A stretch of 64,000 nt of DNA from an uncultured Verrucomicrobiae bacterium (lineage in GTDB: Bacteria; Acidobacteriota; Terriglobia; Terriglobales; Acidobacteriaceae). Below are positions 10,356 through 21,765 of the stretch, one piece after another. A program made the position numbers and the translations under genes. The notes beneath the pieces were generated by a model. The model was given only the letters and a program-made list of their open reading frames with translations. It was not told the origin of the DNA and did not search any database. How positions within the stretch are numbered: the first letter of the stretch is position 1; each line of letters starts with the position of its first letter. The stretch is taken from assembly GCA_963716225.1 (NCBI GenBank), contig OY970299.1, forward strand, positions 777,397 through 841,396, in the 5' to 3' direction.

Positions 10356-11588
10356 ATGCCATCCATCCAGCGACGCCGCGCTGTCACGGTCAACATAGGC
10401 GGCATCCGCGTCGGCTCCGACGCTCCCGTCGTCGTGCAGTCGATGACCAATACCGACACCGCCGACGTTGAATCCACCATCCAGCAGGTCGCTGCCCTGG
10501 CCCGTGCCGGGTCTGAGCTCGTCCGCGTGACCGTCAACAATGACGACGCCGCTAAGGCCGTTCCCTACATCGTCGAAGGCATTCGCGAAAAGGGCTGGGA
10601 GACGCCCATCGTCGGCGACTTCCACTACAACGGCCATCTGTTGCTGCGCAAATATCCTGACTGCGCGAAAGCTCTCGCCAAGTACCGCATCAACCCGGGC
10701 AACGTAAGCATCGGCCGCAAGGACGACGACAACTTCCGCACCATGGTGGAGTGCGCGGTCGAAAATCAGAAGCCTGTGCGCATCGGCGTCAACTGGGGCT
10801 CGCTTGATCAGGCTCTGCTGACGCGCATGATGGATGAGAATCGAAGTCAGCGCCAGCCTTTAGACGCGCGCGACGTGATGCTCGAAGCCATGGTGCGTTC
10901 CGCGCTCGACAACGCGTCTGCTGCTGAGCGTTACGGTCTGCGCCGCGACCAGATCATCCTCTCGGCAAAAGTCTCGAACGTTCGCGACCTCATCGACGTC
11001 TACACCGAACTGGCGCGCCGTTGCGATTACGCGCTGCATCTCGGGCTGACCGAAGCCGGTATGGGTATGAAGGGCGTCGTCGCTTCGACCGCCGGGCTTG
11101 CTCCGCTGCTGCTCAAGGGCATCGGCGACACCATCCGCGTCTCGCTCACGCCCGAGCCCGGCGCGGATCGTGCCGAAGAAGTCCGCTGCGCGCAGCAGAT
11201 CCTGCAGTCGCTCTCGATCCGCAGCTTCATGCCGCAGGTCACAAGCTGCCCGGGATGCGGGCGCACCACATCAACCTACTTCCAGGAACTCGCGCAACGC
11301 ATTCAGGCCTATCTCGCGGAGTCGATGCCCGAGTGGAAGAAGGTCTACCCCGGCGTTGAGGAGCTCAAGCTTGCGGTCATGGGTTGCATCGTCAACGGTC
11401 CCGGCGAATCCAAGCACGCCAACATCGGCATCTCGCTGCCCGGCACGTTCGAGGAGCCCAAAGCGCCTGTCTACGTTGACGGCAAGCTTTTCACCACGCT
11501 CAAGGGCGACCACATCGTCGAGGAGTTCCAGGTGATCCTCGATGAATACGTCGAGAAGCGTTACGGCCGGCAGGTCATCGAAGTCTAG
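10356..11588 (+). CDS. ispG: (E)-4-hydroxy-3-methylbut-2-enyl-diphosphate synthase
   Basis: [49 protein letters not shown] motifs. Confidence 0.97.
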   Translation: MPSIQRRRAVTVNIGGIRVGSDAPVVVQSMTNTDTADVESTIQQVAALARAGSELVRVTVNNDDAAKAVPYIVEGIREKGWETPIVGDFHYNGHLLLRKYPDCAKALAKYRINPGNVSIGRKDDDNFRTMVECAVENQKPVRIGVNWGSLDQALLTRMMDENRSQRQPLDARDVMLEAMVRSALDNASAAERYGLRRDQIILSAKVSNVRDLIDVYTELARRCDYALHLGLTEAGMGMKGVVASTAGLAPLLLKGIGDTIRVSLTPEPGADRAEEVRCAQQILQSLSIRSFMPQVTSCPGCGRTTSTYFQELAQRIQAYLAESMPEWKKVYPGVEELKLAVMGCIVNGPGESKHANIGISLPGTFEEPKAPVYVDGKLFTTLKGDHIVEEFQVILDEYVEKRYGRQVIEV

Positions 11589-11604
11589 CTCTTCGGTTCA
11601 CACC

Positions 11605-11642
11605 AACGCAGGCCGCGAGCAACCCTCGCGGCCTGCGTTTTT
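11605..11642 (+). terminator. Rho-independent terminator after ispG
   Basis: AACGCAGGCCGCGAG-CAACC-CTCGCGGCCTGCGTT followed by TTT. Confidence 0.85.
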
Positions 11643-11645
11643 GTG

Positions 11646-12970
11646 TCATTCTGCGGGCGGATCTGCTTTATCTGATCGGGAATGTCGGCGCTTTCGCAGC
11701 GCCGGCCACAGCGCGAGCAGCCGCAGGCGCAACGCGCGCTTCCCTTTCTCTTCCGCCTTCCGCGCCTGCGCTGCGGTGCGCTCCCACTGCCACGGGCTGT
11801 TGTGCAGCTTCAGCTCGCGCAACCGATAGAACGTGCCGCGCCACATCACCCCGCGCCTCACGATCGCCGAGAGCATCGAGCGCAGCATCGCCCACACCAT
11901 CGCAAACACACCCAGCGGATATGTCCATCCATAGCGCGCATCGATGCCCTCTTCTCGCTCATCACGCGATAGCACGCGCCGATGCAGCACAGCGCCAACA
12001 CCGATGGCACAATCGAGCGCCACCAGAACAGTCCAGCTACGGGCGCCAGAAATAGCACCAGCATCGCGGCGCACGCGGCAAACAACACCAGCGGGTTGAA
12101 GTTCACGCTCGCGAACAGATTCTTCGTCAAACCGCGCACGATGCCGCGCGCACCTTTGGCCCAGTGCACCAGCACCAGCTCCGGCCCGAACGCGACGCGC
12201 TGCCGCATCCCGGCAGCCTTCATCCTTCGGCCCAGCGTCATGTCCTCCACAACCGCCATCCGCTGCGGCTCCCATCCGCCGAGCACCTCCAGCGCCTCAC
12301 GCCGCACCAGGTTGAACGCGCCCACGCCCATCACATCATGCCGCGCCTGCGGATCGCTCACCCTCCACGGCCGCGTGACCCACACCCCAAGCACGCTGAA
12401 GAACGCAAGCACGATTCCTTCGCCACGGCCCTTCACCTGCGGCGTCGGCATCACGACAACGTGGTCCGCGCGTGTCATCGCCGCAAATCCCATCGCCCTG
12501 CGCAGCGATGACGGGGAGAACAACACATCCGCATCCGTAAACAACAGATACTCGCTCGCCGAGTTCCGCACGCCGACTTCAAGTGCGAACGTTTTTCCAA
12601 GCCATCCTTCCGGCAGATACTCGATATGGATCGCGCCGATCTGTTCCGGATATCGCTGCGCAAAGTCATCCACAATCGTCCGCGTACTATCCGTCGAGCG
12701 GTCATCAATCGCCAGCACGCGCAGCTCGCGATATTGCTGCATCAGCAGGCACTCGAGCGTCTGCCCGACCTTCTCGCCCTCGTTCCGCGCGGGCACGACC
12801 ACGGTAAGAGAGGGCGCCACACCCTCGGGCGGAATCAGGTCCCACTCCGGAGACGAGATGTCCGGCACCTCGCCCACACGACGGATAGTTTCATTGGTTC
12901 GCCACATCCACAGCACAGCCAGCAGCCACGCTGAATACTCGGCGACCGTGCGCCATTGCTGTCCCATCAT
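11646..12970 (-). CDS. Family 2 glycosyltransferase (HpnB/CrtQ-like), frameshift near 11955
   Basis: VVPARNE, DDRSTD, WLGK, FTDAD, EDxxLG, C-terminal TM helices and WRG motif across two frames. Confidence 0.8.
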
Positions 12971-14221
12971 GCCGGCGCAGGAGCCTCCACATCGCGCAGC
13001 GCCGGCGCCATTCGCGCTCCAATAAAGAAGATCACCGCGCCGGCTGCGAACGAGATCAGCGTCGCCGCCATACCCACGCGCAGGTTCGTCCTGTCGCTGA
13101 TCATCCCAATCACCTTCGACGACGGCATATCGCCCAGCACGTGAATCACAAACAACTGCCCCGCCATCGCGGTCGCACGCAGCCCTGCAGGCACTGCATT
13201 CAGTGTGGCCGCGTTCACCGGGCCGGTGCCGAGGAAGATCAGAAACACCGCCAGGCTCAGCGACGCCACAATCCACTTCGTCGGCCCGAAGAAGCACATC
13301 ACGGCAGGCGGAATCGTCAGTGCCGCGCTAATGCCAGGCACAAGATACAGCGCCCTTCGGCGTCCGGCGCGACCACATCTGCGCGATCCATCCGCCTAAC
13401 GCCGTTCCGCCCAGGCCCGCGACCACAATGATCGGTCCCATCAGCGCGCCCGCGGCCTCAATCGAGTAGCCCGCCTCACGGTGCAGAAAGCTCGGCATCC
13501 ACCACGAAATCCCACCGAGCGAAAACGTCACCGCTGCATAGCCGAGGATCGACGTCAGATACGCTCCGTTCTTCAGCAAGGACAACACACTCGCACGATC
13601 CGTCTTCGTCCTCTCATGCGCTTCCCCGGTGCGTTGCGGCTCGCGCATCCAGAACAGAATCAAAAGCGCCATCAGCACACCGGGCACGGCGCTCGCGACG
13701 AAGCTCATGCGCCATCCATGATGCTGCCCGATCCATGCTCCAGCCTCGTAGCCGGCAGCCGCTCCCACCGGCAGCGCAACGCTGAAGATGGTCATCGCGC
13801 GGTTGCGGTCCGACTCCGCGAAGAAGTCCGCCAGCAGCGCCGGGGCAAACACGCCAAAGCATGCCTCGCCGATACCCAGTGCTGCATGCCGGACGTTCAG
13901 CGAGGCGTACGAGTGCACGCTGGCGGTCACGAAGTTAACCGCCGCAATGCCGAGCGCAGCTACCACGATCATCGGCTTGCGCGGGAATCTGTCGCCCAGC
14001 CAGCCCGTAATCGGCGAAGCGCACACGTACGCCACCATGAACCACAGCGTCAGTGATCCAATCTGGGTATCGCTGAGCCGGAACTCGCCCTTGATCTGCT
14101 CCTGCACGGCCGGCAGAATGTAGCGGTCCAGATAGTTGACGAAGTTCATCGCCGTCAGCAGCACGAGCGCTGTCGTGGCACCCGCAACCGCTCCAGTTCT
14201 CGGGCTCAAACGCTGCGTCAT
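12967..14221 (-). CDS. MFS transporter (spinster-like), frameshift near 13345
   Basis: NYLDRYI, GWLGDRFPRK, HVLGD; extra G in a GGG run. Confidence 0.85.
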
Positions 14222-14289
14222 CGAACCCGAGAATACCAGTTGCCCATGAAGTTATCGCCGCGCTCGCGAAACGCGCTACCATTCCCCGC

Positions 14290-15312
14290 ATGCCGCTGCT
14301 CGCGAAATTTCTGTGCTCAACAACTGCCGCGCTGGCCCTCGCCTCGCCCCTCGCGCTGCATCACACAACTATGCCAGACCCTGCACGACCTGAGCCCTCT
14401 ATCGTTCGCCTTGATCCCGCACTCGATGCCCTCATTCCACGCGACGCCAAGCCCGAGCTTGTTGCCACCGGCTTCGGCTTCACCGAAGGTCCGCAGTGGC
14501 GCCACGGGCGCACATGGTTCGTCGACGGGCCCATGAACAAGCTGCGCGCCACCACACCCGGCGGGCAGGTCACCGAGCTGCTGACATCCGACTCCGGGTT
14601 TGCAAATTTCAGCGGACCGAATGGCAATGCGCCAGCCGCAGACGGCTCCGTGGTGATGTGCGAGCAGGATGGCCGCCGTGTCGTCCGCCTCGTGGGGCCC
14701 GACGACAAGCTGAAAGTCGAGACGCTGTTTGAGAACTACGAGGGCCATCGCCTCAACAGCCCCAACGACATCATCTTTGCGAAAGATGGCAGCTTCTACT
14801 TCACTGACCCGCCGTACGGCCTGAAACACATGGACAAGGACCCTGCGAAAGAGCTGCCGTTCAACGGCGTGTACCACTACAAAAACGGCAAGCTCACGCT
14901 GATCATCCGCGACCTCACGCTGCCCAACGGCATCACGCTGACTGAAGACGGCAAGACAATGTACGTTGCCAACTCCGGGCCGCACATGATGTACATGAAG
15001 TATCCGGTGAATCCGGATGGTACAGTCGGCCCCGGCACCATGCTGATCGATTTCCAGCCGCAGTCCGGAAAAGGGTGTACCTGACGGGTTGAAGCTCGAT
15101 TCGCGCGGGAAATCTGTGGGCCAGCAGCCCGGGTGGGATTCGCATCATCACGCCGGCAGGGAAAAGTGCTCGGGCAGATCAAGTTGCCGGAGGTTGCGGC
15201 GAACCTGGCCTGGGGTGAAGACGGCAAAACACTTTACATCTGTGCGTCACATTCGGTCTACAAACTGCGCACCAGCGTGAAGGGACGCATGCCATTGTTC
15301 ACGCAGCCGTGA
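14290..15312 (+). CDS. Secreted SMP-30/gluconolactonase family protein, frameshift near 15075
   Basis: FTEGP, LNSPND, FTDPPYG, PNGI; then PDGLKLD and NLAWG in the shifted frame. Confidence 0.85.
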
Positions 15313-15313
15313 C

Positions 15314-15439
15314 TGGGGTACCCCTCCCCCCTTTTTCGTGCAAAATATTCATTCTAAAGGGCCTTCTTTGTAAAATATTGTATCCAGATAACTTACGGGC
15401 AAAGTATTCCATTCAGGTGAGTTAACAGGTGGGGGGTAC
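15314..15439 (+). repeat. MITE-like intergenic element, copy 1
   Basis: Ends GTACCCC...GGGGTAC; AT-rich interior with three GYAAARTATTS units; related copy at 45993-46113. Confidence 0.65.
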
Positions 15440-15487
15440 TTTTCCCCGCTCACTCGCCGTGTCACAGCAGAGGCGTAGAGTTACCCC

Positions 15488-16614
15488 ATGAGCCGCATCG
15501 ACCGCCGCCGATTTACTGCTCTTTCCGCCCTCACGCTCGCCGCCACGCGCCTCCGCGCGCAGACGACGGCGCAGCCTCCGCAGCAGTCGCCTACCGGGAT
15601 GCCGACACTGGCCAAGCCGGTCGGCTACTGCCCTGTCGGTCTGGGCGACATCTCCGACATCTTCATCCGCGCCTGCGCGGAGACTCCGAACGCGCGGGTC
15701 ACCGGCCTGGTCTCCGGCCACGCCGAGCAGAAGGCGCCCAAGTATCAGCAGGAGTTCAACATCCCGAACTCGTCGGTCTACACCTATGAGACCTACGATC
15801 ACATCCGCGACAATCCGGCCATCGACGCGGTCTACATCGGCCTGCCGAACTCGATGCATGCCGAGTACACGATCCGCGCCGCGGAGGCGGGCAAGCACGT
15901 GCTCTGCGAGAAGCCGATGGCGATCTCTTCCGCCGAGTGCCGCAAGATGATCGACGCCTGCCGCGCGCACAACGTGAAGCTGATGATCGCCTACCGCGTG
16001 CACTACGATCCCACGTGGCAGCACATCCGCGACCTCGCTCGCAACGGCGCGATCGGCGAGATCCAGGGGTTTCAGGGCGGCTTCTACGGCAACAAGCGGG
16101 AAGGCGAGTGGCGTCTGGATCGCAAGCTGGCCGGCGGCGGATCGCTGATGGACCTCGGCATTTATCCGCTGAATGCGATCCGCTGGATCGCCGGTGAAGA
16201 GCCCGCGACCTATGCGGCGCAGGTCTCGACGAAGATCAAGGGCCGTCGCTTCGCGTCGGTCGAAGAGACGGTCGAGTTCAACTTCAAATTCCCGTCCGGC
16301 ACGCTGGCGTCGAGCGGAAGCTCCTATGGCGAAGCGGGGCCGGCGTACATCAACATCTGCGGTACCGAGGGATATCATCCAGGTGCAGCCCGCGTTCTTC
16401 TACAACGGCCTGAAGTTCACCGGGCACGACAAAGAACGGGCCGGTCTCCGGCTCCAACGACGCCAAGGGGCCGTACCAGTTCGTCTATGAGGCCGACCAC
16501 TTCGCCGGGTGCATTCGCAACAACACGGAGCCGCTCACGCCTGGTGAGGAAGGCCTGGCGGACATGCTCGCGATCGAGGCTATCTACCGCGCTGCAGGCG
16601 CTCCGATCGCGTAG
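15488..16614 (+). CDS. Tat-exported Gfo/Idh/MocA oxidoreductase, frameshift near 16370
   Basis: RRRF signal peptide, VYIGLPNSMH, HVLCEKP, GGGSLMDLGIY motifs. Confidence 0.88.
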
Positions 16615-16767
16615 AGCGGTTGCCCGCAGAGCGACAACCGGCCTCACATTCTGCATCGACACTACGAGCTCCGCAGAAAGGGTGTGCAGCCGTTGGCTCC
16701 TCGCTCGGAGACTCGCCGAATCGTACAATCTGATCTGACTTTGCGCTCTCCGGAGATCACCGCACGC

Positions 16768-18305
16768 ATGAACGACCACGCTGCGCCGGAAGACCGAAGA
16801 CGGCCAAGCTCGTATCAATCTCTCCGAACGCCGGATCTCCACCGGCGTCAGCGGCCTCGACGACATCCTCGGCGGCGGACTTCCTGCCGGCCACCTGTAC
16901 CTCGTCGAAGGCGATCCGGGCACGGGCAAAGACCACGCTCGCTCTGCAGTTTCTGCTCGAAGGCGTGCGCGCGCGGCGAGCGCTGCATGTACGTCACGCT
17001 GTCGGAGTCGAAAACCGAGCTCCAGCAGGTGGCCGAGTCGCACGGCTGGTCGCTCTCGCCGATCACCATCTTCGAGATGCTTCCCACCGATGAGGAACTC
17101 AGCCCCGAAGCCCAGTACACCGTCTTTCATCCCTCCGAGGTCGAGCTGGCGGACACCATGACCGCCATCATCAAGCCAGGTCAATGCCATCAACCCGGAG
17201 CGCGTGGTCTTCGACTCTCTCTCCGAGTTCCGGATGCTGGCACGCGACCCGCTTCGCTACCGCCGCCAGATCCTCGCGCTCAAGCGCCACTTCAGCGGCC
17301 GCAACAGCACGGTCCTTCTGCTCGACGACCGCACGGCCGCGGGCGGCTCGAACGATCTCCAGCTCCAATCGATCGCTCACGGCGTGATCAAGCTCCAGAA
17401 TCTCGAGCGCGAGTATGGCATCACCCGCCGCCGGATGGCCGTCCACAAGCTCCGCGGCTCGCGCTTCCGCGAGGGCTTCCACGACTACTCCATCCACACC
17501 GGCGGCCTGCAGATTTACCCCCGGATCGTGGCCGCCGAACACAGGCCCGGCTTCGTCCACCAGCAGGTCCCCAGCGGGATCAAGGAGCTCGACCAACTCT
17601 TCGGCGGCGGCATCGACAACGGCACCAACACGCTGCTGATGGGCCCCGCCGGCTGCGGCAAATCGACCGTCGCGATGCGTTACGCGCTCTCCGCCGCGCA
17701 ACGCGGCGAACTGGCCGCCATGTTCCTGTTCGACGAGACGCTCCCGACGCTGATCACGCGCTCCAAGGGCCTGAACATGGACCTCACGCCCGAGATGGAA
17801 TCCGGCAGGCTGCAGATCCAGCAGATCGACCCGGCGGAGCTCTCGCCCGGCGAGTTCATCGATCGCATCCGCGTGATGGTCGAACACCACAACTTGCGGC
17901 TGGTGGTCATCGACAGCATGAACGGCTTCCTCAACTCCATGCCGCATGAGCAGTTCCTCGCGATGCAGCTCCACGAGCTGTTCTCGTACCTCGGACAGCA
18001 GGGCATCACGACCCTGGTTACGCTCGCGCAGCATGGCTTCGTCGGCATCACACAGGCGCCAATTGACGTCAGCTATCTCGCCGATTCCGTCCTCCTGTTC
18101 CGGTATTTCGAACGCGCTGGCGGCGTCCGGCAGGCGCTTTCCGTCGTCAAGAAGAGAAGCGGCCGGCACGAGCGCACCATCCGCGAGCTTATCTTGAGCA
18201 ACGGTGTCTTTCGCGTTGGTCCCGGTACTTACTGACTTTGAAGGCGTCCTGACAGGACACCCGACCTACATCGGACCTGCCGAGACCCAGGAGCCTGCCC
18301 TCTGA
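16768..18305 (+). CDS. Double-domain KaiC-like ATPase, at least 4 frameshifts; N-terminus uncertain
   Basis: ISTGVSGLDDILGGG, GDPGTGKT, SGIKELDQLFGGG, GPAGCGKST, VVIDS, VVKKRSG motifs. Confidence 0.85.
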
Positions 18306-19511
18306 TCACCGGCCTCAAACGCTCGATCCGAGAGACCCGCACCATTGTCCTCGCACCCACTGGCCGCGACGCCCAGCTTATGACGGCGGTAATCGAGCGC
18401 TCCGGAAAGCCCTGCGAAGTCATCAACTCCATCGGCGAGCTCTGCGAGGAGATCCGCGCCGGCGCCGGTGCGGCAATCGTCGCCGAAGAGGCGTGCAAAG
18501 GCAACGCTGTCCTCGCAACTGATCCCTGTGCTCAGCGAACAGCCGCCATGGTCAGATTTCCCTCTCATCTTCCTCATTGCGGGCGGCCGGGTCACCATTC
18601 ACAGCGAACGCCTGCGCCAGCTTCGCCAGCCGCTCGGAAACGTTCTTCTGCTGGAGCGGCCCATCCGCCCCGAAACGCTTCTATCGACGCTTGATACCGC
18701 ACTCCGCGGCCGCGAGCGCCAGTACCAGATCCGCGATCAGATGCAGCAGGCCGAGCTCGCCCAGGAGGCCCTTCGCCGCTCCGAAAAGCTCGCTGTCACG
18801 GGCCGGCTCGCCGCCTCCATCGCGCACGAAATAAACAATCCGCTGGAGTCAGTCACAAATCTGCTCTATCTCGCGCGCACCGAGCCGTCAACCGAGGTTG
18901 TGAGCCACTACCTCGCACTGGCGGAGCAGGAACTCGCCCGGGTCACCGAGATCACCAAGCACACGCTGCGTTTCTACCGCGAGCCGAGCCAACCCTCGAC
19001 AGTGGATCTCGTAGCGGTGGTCGACTCCGTGCTGTCGCTTTACAACTCGCGGCTGCACGCCGCAGGTGTGGCGGTGGTAAAGCAGATTCGCGCTTCATCG
19101 ATTCCTCTCACCTCTTCGCTGGGTGAGCTCCGCCAGGTCATCGCCAACATCGTCGGCAATGCGCTCGACGCGATGCGAAGCGGCGGCCGGCTGGTCGTTC
19201 GCCTCAGCATCGAGCAGCGATCCTGGCGGCCGAACTGCCCGCTGGCCCGGCTCACCATCGCAGACAATGGTTCCGGCATTCCGCAGGACCTCATCTTTCG
19301 CATCTTCGAGCCTTTCATCACCACCAAGGGCGAGACCGGCACAGGGCTCGGACTGTGGGTGACGGCAGAGATCGCGCGCAAAAACGGCTGGAGCATCCGG
19401 GTGCGCAGTCGCACGGAGCCGAATCGCAGCGGCACCACCTTCTCTATCCTGATTCCGCTGGTCAGTCAGGCGCTGCAGCCTGAACTCGCGCTCGCGCAGA
19501 CAACAACGTAA
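18302..19511 (+). CDS. Soluble histidine kinase coupled to the KaiC-like gene, frameshift near 18495
   Basis: N-terminal LAPTGRDA/QPPWSD/LLERP domain; H-box IAHEINNPL, N-box NALDAM, G-boxes DNGSG and GTGLGL. Confidence 0.85.
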
Positions 19512-19513
19512 AC

Positions 19514-19720
19514 CTATAGCGGCTCTCTTCGCTCGACGCCGAAGAAGGCGCGGCGTCCCCACAACCGGACCTCCACGCCCACCACCTCAGGTCCGATCCC
19601 GCGATCGCCGCGGACCGTGTGCACCACAACGTCGCGACTCTCCGCTTTCAGCAGGATCGTCGCCGGAAGCAGCATCAGCAAAAGCATCATGGCGACGGCT
19701 ATCTTCAGAGTGGTCAGCAT
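19514..19720 (-). CDS. Small hypothetical protein with hydrophobic N-terminus
   Basis: 68-aa ORF with a signal-like helix, divergent from lytS-like gene. Confidence 0.4.
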   Translation of the reverse strand: MLTTLKIAVAMMLLLMLLPATILLKAESRDVVVHTVRGDRGIGPEVVGVEVRLWGRRAFFGVERREPL

Positions 19721-19833
19721 GCTTTGAGTATTTGCCCTGGGCGGACCGATCCGCCAGACCAGCCGCTGCACCGTTTCGGCCACTGGCTGCATTCCCGTTC
19801 CCCAGCGGCTTCCTCCCGGGCTACGATTCCTTC

Positions 19834-20934
19834 ATGAGCTCCCGCAAACCGGCCGCCGCGCGTTCCTCGCGCAGGATCTGGATACCCACAATCTGGCTGG
19901 GCTTCGGTCTCTTCGACGCCACACAGGCCGTCATTCGCATGCGCAGCGAAGGCATGCACCATAACTGGGGAAAGGTGTTCCTCGTCTCTGTGATCGCGTG
20001 GGTGCCATGGGCGCTCGCCACGGTGCCCGTGATGCGACTCAATCGCCGCTATGCCGTCACAGACTGGCGCTCCCGCAACACCTGGCGCGCGCACATTCCT
20101 GCGCTGCTTCTCCTGAACTGTGCAGTCGGCGCATGGTACGCGCTGTTTGAGAGATTCCTGCACCCCTACTCCAGCGCTCCCAGATCTTACGGCGCACTCT
20201 TCGTCGAGGACACACTCAGCAGCATTCTCGCCTCGGTGCTGCTCTACGGCGCCATCGTAGCTGTCGATACGGTCCTCGACTCACGCGCTCGTCTTGCTCG
20301 CCAGCAAGCCGAGACCGCCCGCTTGAACGAGCAGCTCTCGCAGGCACAGCTCGATGCGCTGCGGCGGCAGATCGAGCCGCACTTTCTGTTCAATACGCTG
20401 AACTCCGTCTCCGCGCTCATCCGCGAGCACCGCAACGATGCGGCGGTGATGATGATCGCCGGGCTCTCTGATTTTCTCCGCCGCCTGCTTGCTAACCCGG
20501 CGCGGCAGCAGGTCGCGCTGGCCGAAGAGATGGAGTTCGCCCAGCGATATCTCGACATCCAGAAGGTCCGCTTCGCCGACCGGCTGCAGCTCTCGCTCGA
20601 CGTCCCATCCGAGCTGCTTGTTGCGCAGGTTCCCACACTCGTCCTGCAGCTCATGCTGGAGAACGCGATCAAACACGGGATCGCCCAGCGCGCGCAAGGC
20701 GGCCTGGTTCGCATCTCCGCGACGCGCAGCAACGGCACACTCACGCTGTCGGTCTACAACGACGGACCCGCCATCAGCGCGCACGCCGAGACACACGCCG
20801 GCGTCGGTATCGGCCTCACGAACATGCGCACCCGGCTGCACGGTCTCTACGGAGATCGCTTCGCGCTCAATATGCAGAACCGTCAACCGCACGGGGTTGA
20901 GGTTTCCGTCTCAGTTCCCTTTATCGAGCAGTGA
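19834..20934 (+). CDS. LytS/YehU-type sensor histidine kinase
   Basis: TM N-terminus, QIEPHFLFNTLN, ENAIKHG, GIGLTN motifs. Confidence 0.92.
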   Translation: MSSRKPAAARSSRRIWIPTIWLGFGLFDATQAVIRMRSEGMHHNWGKVFLVSVIAWVPWALATVPVMRLNRRYAVTDWRSRNTWRAHIPALLLLNCAVGAWYALFERFLHPYSSAPRSYGALFVEDTLSSILASVLLYGAIVAVDTVLDSRARLARQQAETARLNEQLSQAQLDALRRQIEPHFLFNTLNSVSALIREHRNDAAVMMIAGLSDFLRRLLANPARQQVALAEEMEFAQRYLDIQKVRFADRLQLSLDVPSELLVAQVPTLVLQLMLENAIKHGIAQRAQGGLVRISATRSNGTLTLSVYNDGPAISAHAETHAGVGIGLTNMRTRLHGLYGDRFALNMQNRQPHGVEVSVSVPFIEQ

Positions 20935-21677
20935 CGCAACTCATGCCCGCGCCCGCTCCAATTCGCACCATCATCGTCGACGACGAGCCACTCGCCCGCG
21001 CGAACCTCCGCGTGCTCCTTCAGCGCGATGCCGCCATCGACATTGTCGCTGAGTGCGGCTGCGGCCCCGATGCACCCGCACTCATCCGCAGCACGCGCCC
21101 CGACCTCCTTTTTCTCGATGTCCAGATGCCGGAGTGTGACGGTTTCGACGTGCTCGAGCTTCTCGGCGCCGATCTCCCGCGCGCGATCGTCTTCGTCACG
21201 GCTTACGACCAGTACGCTCTCCGCGCGTTTGAAGCGGGCGCACTCGACTACCTGCTGAAACCGTTCGACAACCTCCGCTTCGACCTTGCACTCTCGCGCG
21301 CCAAACAAAAAATTGCGCTCGGCAAAGACCGTCGTCTTGATCGCCTCGCCATCAAATCCGCCGGCCAGATCGACTTCATCTCGCTAGCCGAGATCGACTG
21401 GATCGAAGCAGCCGACTACTACGCGGCGCTGCACATCGGCGCGCGCACGCACCTGCTGCGCCGCTCCTTGTCGGACCTCGAGCAGGACCTCGATCCCGCG
21501 CTCTTCTGCCGCATTCATCGGTCAGCCATCGTCAACCTCGACCGCGTGCGCGGCCTGCGCTCCAACGAAGACGGCGATTACACCGTCCTCCTTGCGAACG
21601 AGGCCACCCTCCGCCTCAGCCGCAAGTACCGCAAGCAACTGCAATCGCGGCTCGGCGTCATAAGCGAATCGACCTGA
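20931..21677 (+). CDS. LytTR family response regulator
   Basis: Receiver VDDE...FLDVQMP...KP; LytTR FCRIHRSAIVNL, LSRKY. Confidence 0.93.
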   Translation: MTQLMPAPAPIRTIIVDDEPLARANLRVLLQRDAAIDIVAECGCGPDAPALIRSTRPDLLFLDVQMPECDGFDVLELLGADLPRAIVFVTAYDQYALRAFEAGALDYLLKPFDNLRFDLALSRAKQKIALGKDRRLDRLAIKSAGQIDFISLAEIDWIEAADYYAALHIGARTHLLRRSLSDLEQDLDPALFCRIHRSAIVNLDRVRGLRSNEDGDYTVLLANEATLRLSRKYRKQLQSRLGVISEST

Positions 21678-21765
21678 GCGGATTTGCGCGCAATGCGTGT
21701 CGGTCCGACGCACTGCCGGGTTTCGCGTCTTATTGACTACTCGCTATTCGCCATTCACTACCGGC

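Noticed and set aside
16768-18305. True circadian clock
   Set aside because: No kaiA/kaiB in the window and the ST phosphosite pair is not conserved.
9870-18500. Programmed ribosomal frameshifting
   Set aside because: Breaks are numerous, in unrelated genes, and lack consistent slippery sites.
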